A program made the translations under genes and the position numbers. The notes under the pieces were generated by a model that ran no database searches, had not been told where the DNA came from, and saw only the letters and a list, made by a program, of their open reading frames with translations. Shown piece by piece: positions 17,394 to 25,690 of a stretch of DNA of 32,000 bases. Source of the stretch: Sinorhizobium meliloti (lineage in GTDB: Bacteria > Pseudomonadota > Alphaproteobacteria > Rhizobiales > Rhizobiaceae). Each line of letters opens with the position of its first letter. Position 1 is the first letter of the stretch. The DNA lies in contig NZ_JAGIOS010000003.1 of NCBI RefSeq assembly GCF_017876815.1, positions 30,001 to 62,000 on the forward strand. Direction: 5' to 3'.

Positions 17394-18397
17394 ATGCCAA
17401 AAATCGTTAGCTTGACCGCTGCGCTCGCAGTTTTTGCAAGCCTCGTCCCAACTCAGTTGATCGCGAGCGGTTTATCTGATCGGGGCCGTCTTCGCTCTGA
17501 ACTCACGGCTCTCGCCAACGCACATCCTGGGCGAGTAGGCATCTGCGTGCGGGATGAGGCGTCGCCCGCAATCTGCGTGAATGGTGAGCAGCGTTTCTCA
17601 CTGCAGAGCGTGATGAAGGTCGTCGTGGCCGCGGCCGTGATGCAGGCGGTCGACGACCGTCGCATCGCGTTGGGAGACCGCCTTACTATTCGGCGTGACG
17701 ATCTGAGCGTCAACATCCAGCCCATCGCCGATATCGTCGCCGAAAGGGGCTCCTTTGAAACCAGTATTGGGGACTTGGTCAGCCGCGCGGTGGTGGAAAG
17801 TGACAGCGCCGCGACTGACGTCCTGATCTCGCACCTGGGAGGCACGAAGGCGGTGCAGGCGTTTCTCGACGAAGCAGGGTTGCAGGGAATCAGGATCGAT
17901 CGAACGGAGCGGGAGCTTCAAACCGAACGGACGGGCTGACCTGGACACCGGAGTTCGTGTTCCCGGAACGCCTCGAGCAGGCTCGCAAAGAGGTTGCCGA
18001 TGCCAGGCGTCAAGCCGCATTCGAAGCGTACCTCAAGGATCCGCGCGACACCGCCACGCCCATCGAAATGGTTGGTTTCCTGCACAGACTGGCGACGGGC
18101 CAACTCCTTTCCGCATCCTCGACCGCGCACCTTCTCGAAGTCATGAATAGGACTGTAACTTTCCCCGAACGCCTGCGTGCCGGCGTGCCTTCAGGCTGGA
18201 CGATCGGGCACAAAACAGGCACGAGCCAGACCCGCAACGGTATCAATGGCGTGACCAACGACGTCGGCATTCTGACTGCCCCGGACGGCACTCACGTTGC
18301 CGTAGCCGCATTCGTGGCGGAGTCTCGTGCTGGCAAAGATGAGCGCGCCGCCACGATTGCCGCAGCGGCCCGAGCCATTACGGCAGCTTACAAGTAG
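17394..18397 (+). pseudogene. Class A beta-lactamase-like serine hydrolase, frameshifted
   Basis: Two ORFs (17352..17939 and 17957..18397) together make one class-A-type protein. It has a signal peptide (MPKIVSLTAALAVFASLVPTQLIASG), S-x-x-K 'SVMK', an SDN-like 'SDS' and 'HKTGT'. The frames join around the G-run at 17933..17935 (...ELQTERTG* in one frame, TDGLTWTPEF... in the other). Confidence 0.7.
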
Positions 18398-18566
18398 TCG
18401 CTGCGACGAGGGATGATTCACTTCATCTCTTGCAAGCTGAGTGGTCCGGACGGACCGTAAATCTCGCCGATTTGTGGAGGCCTCGGATCCTCACATAGCC
18501 ACTTATGCCGTCTCGGCCTTTGACGGCGACCCCTGAAGAGCCACTACAAGAAAGGAAAAAACGATA

Positions 18567-19463
18567 ATGACGACCTTGATTTCGCGCAGGCGCGCGCTCG
18601 CAGGAGCGATCTTCGCCATGCCTGCGCTTGCCACCGTTTCGACTATCGCCCGGGCAGAATTGCAGCACGCACTTGAGGCAAGGCTTGCTGAGCTGGAAAG
18701 GCGCCATGGTGGCCGCGTCGGAGTCGCCGCGCTCAATCTTTCGACCGGAGTGCGGGTGGGGCATCGGGCGGACGAGCGATTCTTGATGTGCAGCACGTTC
18801 AAGGCACTTGCGTCGGCAATGGTCCTCGCGCGCGTCGATAAAGGAGTTGAAAAGCTGGATAGGAGGATCGGCTTTTCGAAGGAAGTCCTCGTCTACTTCT
18901 CACCCGTCACAGAAACGCGTGTCGGCGGTGAGGGAATGTCGGTCGCGGAACTCTGCATGGCGACCTTGACGCAGAGCGACAATACGGCAGTAAACCTTCT
19001 GCTTGAGAGCTTCGGGGGGCCTCCAGCCCTAACCGAATTTGTCCGTTCCTTCGGCGACGAATTAACGCGCCTCGATCGTTTCGAGCCCGAATTGAATGAG
19101 CACGACGGTCCGGACGATTTACGTGACACCACCACACCTGGAGCCATGATGGAGACCCTGCGCAAGCTGATCTTCGGTGAGGTCTTGTCCAGGCCTTCCC
19201 GTGCGCAACTCGCCGGATGGATGGTCATGAACAAGACGGGGGACTCACGGCTGCGCGCTGGTATGCCAGAGTCATGGATGATCGCAGATAAAACCGGTGG
19301 CAATGGAAACCAGCACGGCAACAATAACGATACCGCAGTAGCGTGGTCACCGAACCGGGGTGCAATCGTTGTGGCTACTTACTGTGAGATTCCCACCATA
19401 TCCGCCGACGAGCGAAACGCGGTCGTCGCTGAGGTCGGGCGCATAGTGGCGGAGCTGGCATGA
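18567..19463 (+). CDS. bla: Class A beta-lactamase with twin-arginine (Tat) signal
   Basis: All four class A boxes are present: 'CSTFK' (S70-x-x-K), 'QSDN' (SDN), 'RFEPELNE' (E166 omega loop) and 'DKTGG' (KTG). The N-terminal 'SRRRALAGAIFAMPALA' is Tat-like. AAGGAAA SD upstream. Confidence 0.92.
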   Translation: MTTLISRRRALAGAIFAMPALATVSTIARAELQHALEARLAELERRHGGRVGVAALNLSTGVRVGHRADERFLMCSTFKALASAMVLARVDKGVEKLDRRIGFSKEVLVYFSPVTETRVGGEGMSVAELCMATLTQSDNTAVNLLLESFGGPPALTEFVRSFGDELTRLDRFEPELNEHDGPDDLRDTTTPGAMMETLRKLIFGEVLSRPSRAQLAGWMVMNKTGDSRLRAGMPESWMIADKTGGNGNQHGNNNDTAVAWSPNRGAIVVATYCEIPTISADERNAVVAEVGRIVAELA

Positions 19464-19587
19464 GCTACACGAGCCGCAGGATCTTGCGCTCCTGCGGCGC
19501 TGTCCAGGAGCGGACGGTCCTCGCAGCGATGAGGAGCGGCAGTGCCTGAATCATGACAATCTTCGCTTTCTTTGCGGCGGTAGTCGT

Positions 19588-19920
19588 TTGAAGGTGGTGG
19601 CCGTCGCCCAAGCGGTCCTCTTCCGCCGGATGCGCGCCGTCATGCCGCGCCCGCATGATAACGGGCTGATCGCCACCACGCTGAACTTTGATTACGAGGT
19701 CCGCAGCGCCAAGGAGGCCTTCAAAGAGATCCCCGACATCAAGATTGAGGCCGATATGCTCGACTTGGCGAAGCACATCATTGGCATGAAGAAGGGCACA
19801 TCCTCAGCCGAAGAGTGCGATGATCGCTACGAGCCACACCCGCCGAGTTGATCAAGGCCAAGCTCGAAGGAAAATCCCTGCCGAAGCGTGCACCCCGAAG
19901 GTTCAAGGGCCAACGATCTA
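19588..19920 (+). pseudogene. ku: Ku (NHEJ) protein remnant: C-terminal half only, frameshifted
   Basis: 'GLIATTLNFDYEVRSAKEAFKEIPDIKIEADMLDLAKHIIGMKKG...DDRYE' matches the conserved bacterial Ku core-to-C-terminal segment. After about 19836 the homologous 'AELIKAKLEGKSLPKRAP' continues in another frame. There is no room for the N-terminal half, because the bla stop is at 19463. Confidence 0.6.
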
Positions 19921-20616
19921 AGAATCTTTGAAAAACAGTATAGCGGCGCGCGATCGGGTGCTGACAACTGTCCGGCCTCTGATGCGGCCTTCCATTTGCC
20001 GCGTGCCCGTATGAATGGCTGCCGTGGTTGAAGGGCGACCAGGGTTCGCAGGTCGGCGAGGTATCGCGCCCTCCGCTGGCTTGCCGTTGGCAGCGATTAC
20101 CGGGGAAACCGAAAACGATCGTCCCGGTTGATGGGCCTCGGTGCGCGCAAATAGCTCTTCCATTCATACAGATTCAACGGTGTTTGAGGCGCCCCGTCTC
20201 TACCTCGCGATCATCCAGGAGGTCGTTCATCGTGCGATATTCGTCACAGAGCTTGTTGAAGCTTCAGCCCGTCGCACGGTCTCTTCATTCTCGAAGGAAC
20301 TCGCCGACAATAATCGGCTACGCTCAACCATCCTGTCGGTACATTGTCTTCTGCCCCTCCTGCAGTATGCCTATATGCGCGGCCGTTATTGCGTCGGCCC
20401 TCTTGCAACGAACCTGGCGGTCGCGTGCCGTGTACCAGAAGAACGCGTCGTGAAAGACAGCAACGAAGCCCATTCCAAGACGGAGACTCCGCCACGCTCA
20501 TGAAGGATCAAGGGCTTGCATTTCCAATCGTTGGGAGCGTCGTTTTCTCGACTCCATGCGGCTGGCGACGGCAGAATTATTTGCAGCAGGGCGCGCTGGA
20601 GGCGTATTTCCGCGGT

Positions 20617-21333
20617 TCAGAAGAGCGCAGTCATAAGTCGGCGGTATTCCGCCTCCGGCTTGCCATAGGCGTCCCGCGCGAACTCTTCGAGGGCTTGCCT
20701 GTTTCTGATAATAATGTTGCCCCTGTTCGAGCGAATGAAACCGTTGCCTTCAAGGACGTGGAGCGACGTTGTGACGCTGGGACGGCGAACCGCGAGCATC
20801 AGCGAAATGAACTCGTGCGTCAGAGGAATCTCGTCGCCTGATACACGATCGTGACACATCAGAAGCCATCTGGCTAATCTCTCGTCCACTCCGTGCAACG
20901 CGTTCGAAATCGCAGTGTAGGTAAGCTGAATCGAGAAGGCCTCAATGCATCGGATCATCACCCTGGCGAAGTTCCGGTTGCGATCCATCCACTTCCGGAA
21001 TGCGCTGAACTCCATCCGGTAGGCGTTTCCTTCGATCTGCATGATGATGTCGTGCACACTGAGCTCTACGCCCATAGCAGCAGAAGTCGGGATATAACCT
21101 TCACTCCCGAAGATACCCGCCTCCGCTTTGTTACCCTCAGGCGTCGAGGCGACCAGGGAGCCAATCCCGGACGTGAGATAATAAACATGGTCTATGGGGG
21201 CGCCGGCCGTAGCAATAAGAGCGCCTCTAGTCACTTTGACATAGTCGAGGTCGGGCGCAATCTGATTATAGTCAGGCTCCGGAAGCAGGTCCAGCAACTG
21301 GTTGTCAACCGCGGCTTCGGGTGGAATCGCCAT
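20617..21333 (-). CDS. Crp/Fnr family transcriptional regulator
   Basis: 238 aa: an N-terminal cNMP-binding-like beta-barrel region, then a C-terminal HTH 'THEFISLMLAVRRPSVTTSLHVLEGNGFIRSNRGNIIIRN'. GGGAAGG SD upstream. Confidence 0.85.
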   Translation of the reverse strand: MAIPPEAAVDNQLLDLLPEPDYNQIAPDLDYVKVTRGALIATAGAPIDHVYYLTSGIGSLVASTPEGNKAEAGIFGSEGYIPTSAAMGVELSVHDIIMQIEGNAYRMEFSAFRKWMDRNRNFARVMIRCIEAFSIQLTYTAISNALHGVDERLARWLLMCHDRVSGDEIPLTHEFISLMLAVRRPSVTTSLHVLEGNGFIRSNRGNIIIRNRQALEEFARDAYGKPEAEYRRLMTALF

Positions 21334-21601
21334 TGCCTTCCCTTAATGGGAGCCGGGGGTGCCGCGGCTCTGTTGGCAGCTTTCTGCCAAGTATTGCGGA
21401 TCGGTATTACATGACTCTAGCATGCCGGCTGTGCATCGACTATGTGCAAGTCAGCAACATTCTGAGGCCAGTCGTCTCCAATCGGGCGGTGACCGTACGG
21501 TTCCGGACCCTTTGTCCTTGGGCGCAGTATTGACTCGCCATGTAGACCAAGGCGCGTAGACTTTCCCAATCGAGGCGATCGCCAGGCCGGAGGAAGAGCT
21601 A

Positions 21602-21808
21602 ATGAGACCCCAAAGAGTACCCACCCTTGATCCACTAGGGCCTGACGAGCTCGAGATGATCGAGGGCGTTTTTCGTCGCGAACTGGAATTGCGAGCATTG
21701 CCACTGAAGTCCGAGGAGGCTGCAATACTCGCAGCGAGGCTGATCGGTGCCTATCAGTCCGGAATACGCGATGCTGTCGGCCTGACCGCGGCGGCGGAAC
21801 GTTTGTGA
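21602..21808 (+). CDS. Small hypothetical protein (68 aa)
   Basis: The ATG is preceded by GGAGGAAGAGCTA (good SD and spacing). Helical, non-repetitive sequence 'LGPDELEMIEGVFRRELELRALPLKSEEAAILAARLIGAYQSGIRDAV'. Divergent from the Crp/Fnr gene. I can name no domain. Confidence 0.5.
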   Translation: MRPQRVPTLDPLGPDELEMIEGVFRRELELRALPLKSEEAAILAARLIGAYQSGIRDAVGLTAAAERL

Positions 21809-21894
21809 GGCAGCACCTCCCGATCACCTTGAAGCGCACCTGCGCGCCTGCGTACTCACAAGCGTTGCAGGTTACCTGGAGCGGTTCCTCAAGG

Positions 21895-21953
21895 GCACGC
21901 CTTATCGCGAGGATGTTCATGTTCCGTGCTAGAAGGATGGCATAATGTATCGA
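21895..21953. repeat. Copy A of a conserved about 60-bp element (partner at 29831..29890)
   Basis: GCACGCCTTATCGCGAGGATGTTCATGTTC-N18-TAATGTATCGA versus GCACGGCTTGTTGCGAGGATGTTCACGTTC-N19-TAATGTATCGA. That is 26/30 + 11/11 identical, in the same orientation and with similar spacing. Confidence 0.6.
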
Positions 21954-22022
21954 ACAAGAACCTGCATAATTTATCGTCAGGAACTGTCGGCCATCGGAGA
22001 AGGTGAATTCTGACGACCCGTA

Positions 22023-22916
22023 TCAGGAGCGACGTCCCCAACTGTTTACAATGATGACTCCGGCAAGAGCCAGTGCGCCGCCAAGAATGGTGTTTGCCTG
22101 CGGAATTTCACCTAGCAGGAGCCACGCCAGTCCAACAGAGGACGGTGGAACCAAATAGAGAAATTGACCTGCCCGCGCGGCACCGAAACTCTTGAGTGCG
22201 TAGGTCCAGCAGCTTTGACCGATAATGCCCGGTCCGATGGCCAGGAACATGATCATCAGCCAGGTGTCCGGACGCGCGCGCATCAATTGGGAGACGCCGG
22301 CCGGTAGCCAGGGCGTGAGGGCGAGAGCGCCGGCAACGATGACGAGCGCCGTCACGTCGAGCGGCTCGGCTCTGGCGAAGAGAGGGCGCTGGAGGATGGA
22401 ATAGGCCGCTGCACAGGCTGCGGCGAGCACGATCAACGTCGATCCCGTCCCGAACGACAGCCCCCCGGGCTGCCCCGAGGCGATCAGGGCCACTCCGGAA
22501 AAGCCAACTATCGTTCCAACCCAATTCCAGCGACCGAAACGCTCTTTCAAGAAGAGCACCGCGAGCAGCACCATGAAAAGCGGCTGTGTGTTGACGATGA
22601 AGCCGGCAGCGCCGGCGGAGACGGTTGCCTGCCCTAAATTGAGGAGCACGTTGTACGCGGCAATGCCAAGGAGGCCGCTGATCGCCAGAACGACGAAATC
22701 CCGGGGGAGGAAGCATCGCGGACGCCGCCAGGCAATCCACGCAATCGCGAAGACCGCCGCCAGCGCGAAGCGGATAGCTGCCAAGGGCAAGGGTTCCACT
22801 TCGCGCAATGCATAGCCGATCGCCGCAAAAGAGAAAGACCAGGTGATGACTGTTCCTGCAATCGCAAGTGCCGGCAAGAAGGGCGTCATGGGGATGTCAG
22901 CTGCATTTTTGTTCAT
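22023..22916 (-). CDS. DMT (EamA-type) family transporter
   Basis: ORF 22023..22967; preferred start at 22916 (MNKNAADIPMTPFLPALAIAGTVITWSFSFAAIGYALREV...). Ten-TM-like hydrophobic profile with two EamA-like halves. Confidence 0.85.
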   Translation of the reverse strand: MNKNAADIPMTPFLPALAIAGTVITWSFSFAAIGYALREVEPLPLAAIRFALAAVFAIAWIAWRRPRCFLPRDFVVLAISGLLGIAAYNVLLNLGQATVSAGAAGFIVNTQPLFMVLLAVLFLKERFGRWNWVGTIVGFSGVALIASGQPGGLSFGTGSTLIVLAAACAAAYSILQRPLFARAEPLDVTALVIVAGALALTPWLPAGVSQLMRARPDTWLMIMFLAIGPGIIGQSCWTYALKSFGAARAGQFLYLVPPSSVGLAWLLLGEIPQANTILGGALALAGVIIVNSWGRRS

Positions 22917-22922
22917 GCGAGC

Positions 22923-22935
22923 TGTGTGCCACACA
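22923..22935. promoter_or_regulatory. Perfect palindrome TGTGTG-C-CACACA (T-N11-A) between the DMT and LysR genes
   Basis: Located in the 63-bp region between the DMT start (22916) and the LysR start (22980). Candidate LysR box. Confidence 0.35.
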
Positions 22936-22979
22936 AACATCTGTTGACATAGAATGCGCGTCGACATTCAGATGTGCTC

Positions 22980-23879
22980 ATGACGCACAACGATGAACTG
23001 CCGCCGCTCGAGGCGCTTCAGGCCGTCCTGTCGGCTTACCGCCTCGGCTCGTTCTCGGCTGCCGCGGCTGCGCTTGGCATTAGCCATGGCGCCGTCAGCC
23101 GACGTGTCGCAGCGACGGAACGCTGGGCCGGTCTCCGTCTTTTCGGCCGTCACGGGCGAGGCGTGCGAGCGACACTCGACGGCGAGCGCTTCGCCGCACG
23201 CATAGAACTCGCCTTGGCGATGCTGCACGACAGTCGAGGCATGGGTCGTTCGGATCATGGGCTCGATACCGTTCGTGTCGGCGTCGTGCAGTCCTTTGCG
23301 CGTCTTTGGTTGACACCGAGACTGGCAGCCCTCGAAGGCACGCCGCCCGACCTCAGGATCGAGATGGACATCGACAACGCACATATGGCGCTTTCCGACG
23401 CGCGCATTGCCATTCGGCTGGGCCGTGGCGGCTGGCCAAATGTCGTCTCGGAGCCTTTGTTCGACGAAGGTCTGCAGCCTTTTGCCTGCCAAAGGATTGC
23501 TCTTGAACTGGGGCCTGACCCGGCTGCCAGGGATCTGCTGCGTTATCCACTGATCCACGATGCGTCCGAGGCTGGTTGGCGCCTCTGGCTGGCCGCGCAG
23601 GATCTGGTATATCACCCCGAAGGCAAGGATCGGACCTTCGGCGGCCACGATCTGGCTTTAATAGCAGCGGCTTCGGGCATGGGCATTGTTTTAGGGCGCA
23701 AGCCCTACGGTATCGAGCAGCACGAACGGATGGGGCTTGTTTCCGTTCATCCGGCTGTGGTGGATAACGTGGAACGGTTCCACGTCGTTACGCGATCAGG
23801 TGCGCGGCACGGGGCGATCGACAGACTGATCCATCGTCTGCGGAGCCAGGCTCGTCAGTCGCAGCCTAGAGCGGAATGA
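22980..23879 (+). CDS. LysR family transcriptional regulator (GcvA-like subgroup)
   Basis: ORF 22974..23879 (GTG) or ATG at 22980. 'LPPLEALQAVLSAYRLGSFSAAAAALGISHGAVSRRVAATERWAG' HTH. Confidence 0.85.
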   Translation: MTHNDELPPLEALQAVLSAYRLGSFSAAAAALGISHGAVSRRVAATERWAGLRLFGRHGRGVRATLDGERFAARIELALAMLHDSRGMGRSDHGLDTVRVGVVQSFARLWLTPRLAALEGTPPDLRIEMDIDNAHMALSDARIAIRLGRGGWPNVVSEPLFDEGLQPFACQRIALELGPDPAARDLLRYPLIHDASEAGWRLWLAAQDLVYHPEGKDRTFGGHDLALIAAASGMGIVLGRKPYGIEQHERMGLVSVHPAVVDNVERFHVVTRSGARHGAIDRLIHRLRSQARQSQPRAE

Positions 23880-23980
23880 GAAAAAGCGTGCGCGGCTTTC
23901 AGCCCGCATTCCGCTATGGCGGTTGCAGTTAGGAGAGAGTCAATGCGCTTTATGTCACGCTGCCGCGCGGGGATCTGTCG

Positions 23981-25480
23981 ATGACTGAGCACGCGGTAAT
24001 CATTGCGGGAGGAGGTCCGACAGGGCTTATGCTCGCTTGCGAGTTGACATTGACCGGGATCGATGTTGCCATCGTGGAAAAGCGCGTCAGCCCGGCCATT
24101 CTGGGATCGCGTGCGGGCGGTCTCCATTCCCGCACTATTGAGGTTCTCGACCAGCGGGGCATTGCTGACCGGTTCCTCTCCGAAGGACAGGTGGCCCAGG
24201 TCACGGGTTTCGCCGCGACCAAGCTCGACATCAGCGACCTCCCGACGAGGCACCCCTATGGGCTGGGGCTGTGGCAGAACCACATCGAGCGCATACTTGC
24301 CAGCAGGGCCGACGAGCTGGACGTCACGATATATCGCGGAAGTGCGGTATCGGACTTTGAACAGGACGACATCGGCGTAGACATGAAGTTGTCCAACGGT
24401 CAATCGCTTCGGGCCAAATATCTCGTCGGGTGCGATGGCGGTCGCAGCCTTGTTCGGAAGAAAGTAGGGATTGAATTCTCTGGATGGGAATCGACGACAA
24501 GCAGCCTTATCGCGGAGGTCGAAATGACCGAACAGCCGCCGATGGGCACCCATCACACCCCTCTTGGGATCCACTCTTTCGGCAGACTGGAATATGAGAT
24601 CCGTGATGGCGAGGTTGTCTATAAGGACGAAGGGCCGGTACGCGTTCTGGTACCCGAACAGCATGTCCGCGGAGCGGCTGGGGAGCCCACCCTGCGCGAA
24701 CTTAGCGCCGCGCTGATCGCCGCGTGCGGAACCGACTACGGCGTGCACAGCCCCACGTGGATTTCTCGATTCACCGACATGGCCAGACAAGCAGCATCCT
24801 ACCGCAAGGGGCGGGTGCTGCTGGCAGGCGATGCCGCACACGTTCATTCCCCGGTTGGTGGACAAGGGCTCAATACCGGTGTGCAAGATGCCGTAAATTT
24901 GGGGTGGAAGCTGGCCCAAGTGGTCAGGGGAACATCACCGGATACCCTACTGGATACCTACCATTCAGAGCGCCACCCCGTAGCAGCCCGGGTGCTGCGC
25001 AACACGTTGGCGCAAGTCGCGCTGCTGCGCCCTGACGATCGCACCGAGGCCGCGCGGAGCGTCGTGGCAGAACTGCTGCAAATGGACGAGCCGCGCAAGC
25101 GGTTTGGAGCCATGATGTCAGGCTTGGATATCCACTACGATCTCGGCGAGGGACACCCGCTGCTCGGCCGCCGGATGCCCGACCTGAACCTGGTGACCGC
25201 CACCGGACAAGTACGGTTTTACACCTTGCTGCACTCGGCGCGGCCGATACTCCTCAACTTGGGCAAGCCCGGCGCGTTCGATATCAAACCATGGATTGAT
25301 CGGGTCCAGCTCGTCGATGCGCAGTATGCCGGCGCGTGGGAGCTTCCAGTGCTCGGAAAGGTCACTGCTCCCGGCGCTGTGCTGGTCCGACCCGATGGCT
25401 ATGTCGCCTGGGTCGGAGATTCAACCCGGCGTGGGTTGGTTGACGCATTGTGGACATGGTTCGGAGCGCCAGCGGACTAA
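23981..25480 (+). CDS. FAD-dependent (group A flavoprotein) monooxygenase, Rox/rifampicin-monooxygenase-like
   Basis: 'AVIIAGGGPTGLMLACEL' (GxGxxG), 'LVGCDGGRSLVRK' (DG motif) and 'LLAGDAAHVHSPVGGQGLNTGVQDAVNLGWKL' (GD motif). The C-terminal 'YDLGEGHPLLGRRMPDL...VLVRPDGYVAWVG' is laid out as I recall for Rox-type enzymes. Confidence 0.9.
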   Translation: MTEHAVIIAGGGPTGLMLACELTLTGIDVAIVEKRVSPAILGSRAGGLHSRTIEVLDQRGIADRFLSEGQVAQVTGFAATKLDISDLPTRHPYGLGLWQNHIERILASRADELDVTIYRGSAVSDFEQDDIGVDMKLSNGQSLRAKYLVGCDGGRSLVRKKVGIEFSGWESTTSSLIAEVEMTEQPPMGTHHTPLGIHSFGRLEYEIRDGEVVYKDEGPVRVLVPEQHVRGAAGEPTLRELSAALIAACGTDYGVHSPTWISRFTDMARQAASYRKGRVLLAGDAAHVHSPVGGQGLNTGVQDAVNLGWKLAQVVRGTSPDTLLDTYHSERHPVAARVLRNTLAQVALLRPDDRTEAARSVVAELLQMDEPRKRFGAMMSGLDIHYDLGEGHPLLGRRMPDLNLVTATGQVRFYTLLHSARPILLNLGKPGAFDIKPWIDRVQLVDAQYAGAWELPVLGKVTAPGAVLVRPDGYVAWVGDSTRRGLVDALWTWFGAPAD

Positions 25481-25690
25481 AGACCAGTAGCTGATAACGA
25501 GGGCAAGCCGCTATAGGTCTACTGGAACAGCGCTGTTCGATTTTCAGTACGCGTGCCGGATCAACGGCGCTGCGCCCCAAGCGCATCAGGGGAACGGAGG
25601 ACATGCGTCGCCGTCGCATCTTTATTTTTGCTCCGCACTCACCCAGCCGGTGAAACTGGCGGGAAGCGTTTGAGGGCGCAACACCGGGGT

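Noticed and set aside
21417-21920. 167-aa minus-strand ORF (MNILAIRRALEEPLQV...)
   Set aside because: Most of it is the antisense shadow of the 68-aa plus-strand ORF and is Arg/Pro-rich. Only its first ~10 codons (the MNILAIRRA block) fall in the conserved repeat core, which is reported separately as a finding. It is not credible as a 167-aa protein.
23855-24919. 354-aa ORF on the minus strand
   Set aside because: It is exactly antisense to the strongly supported FAD monooxygenase, is Arg/Pro/Gly-rich and has no recognisable motifs. This is a typical high-GC shadow ORF.
25603-25629. Hairpin ATGCG-N7-CGCAT followed by CTTTATTTTTG, downstream of the FAD monooxygenase
   Set aside because: The T-tract is good, but the stem is only 5 bp with two A-T pairs and sits 120 nt from the stop. 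That is too weak to call as an intrinsic terminator.
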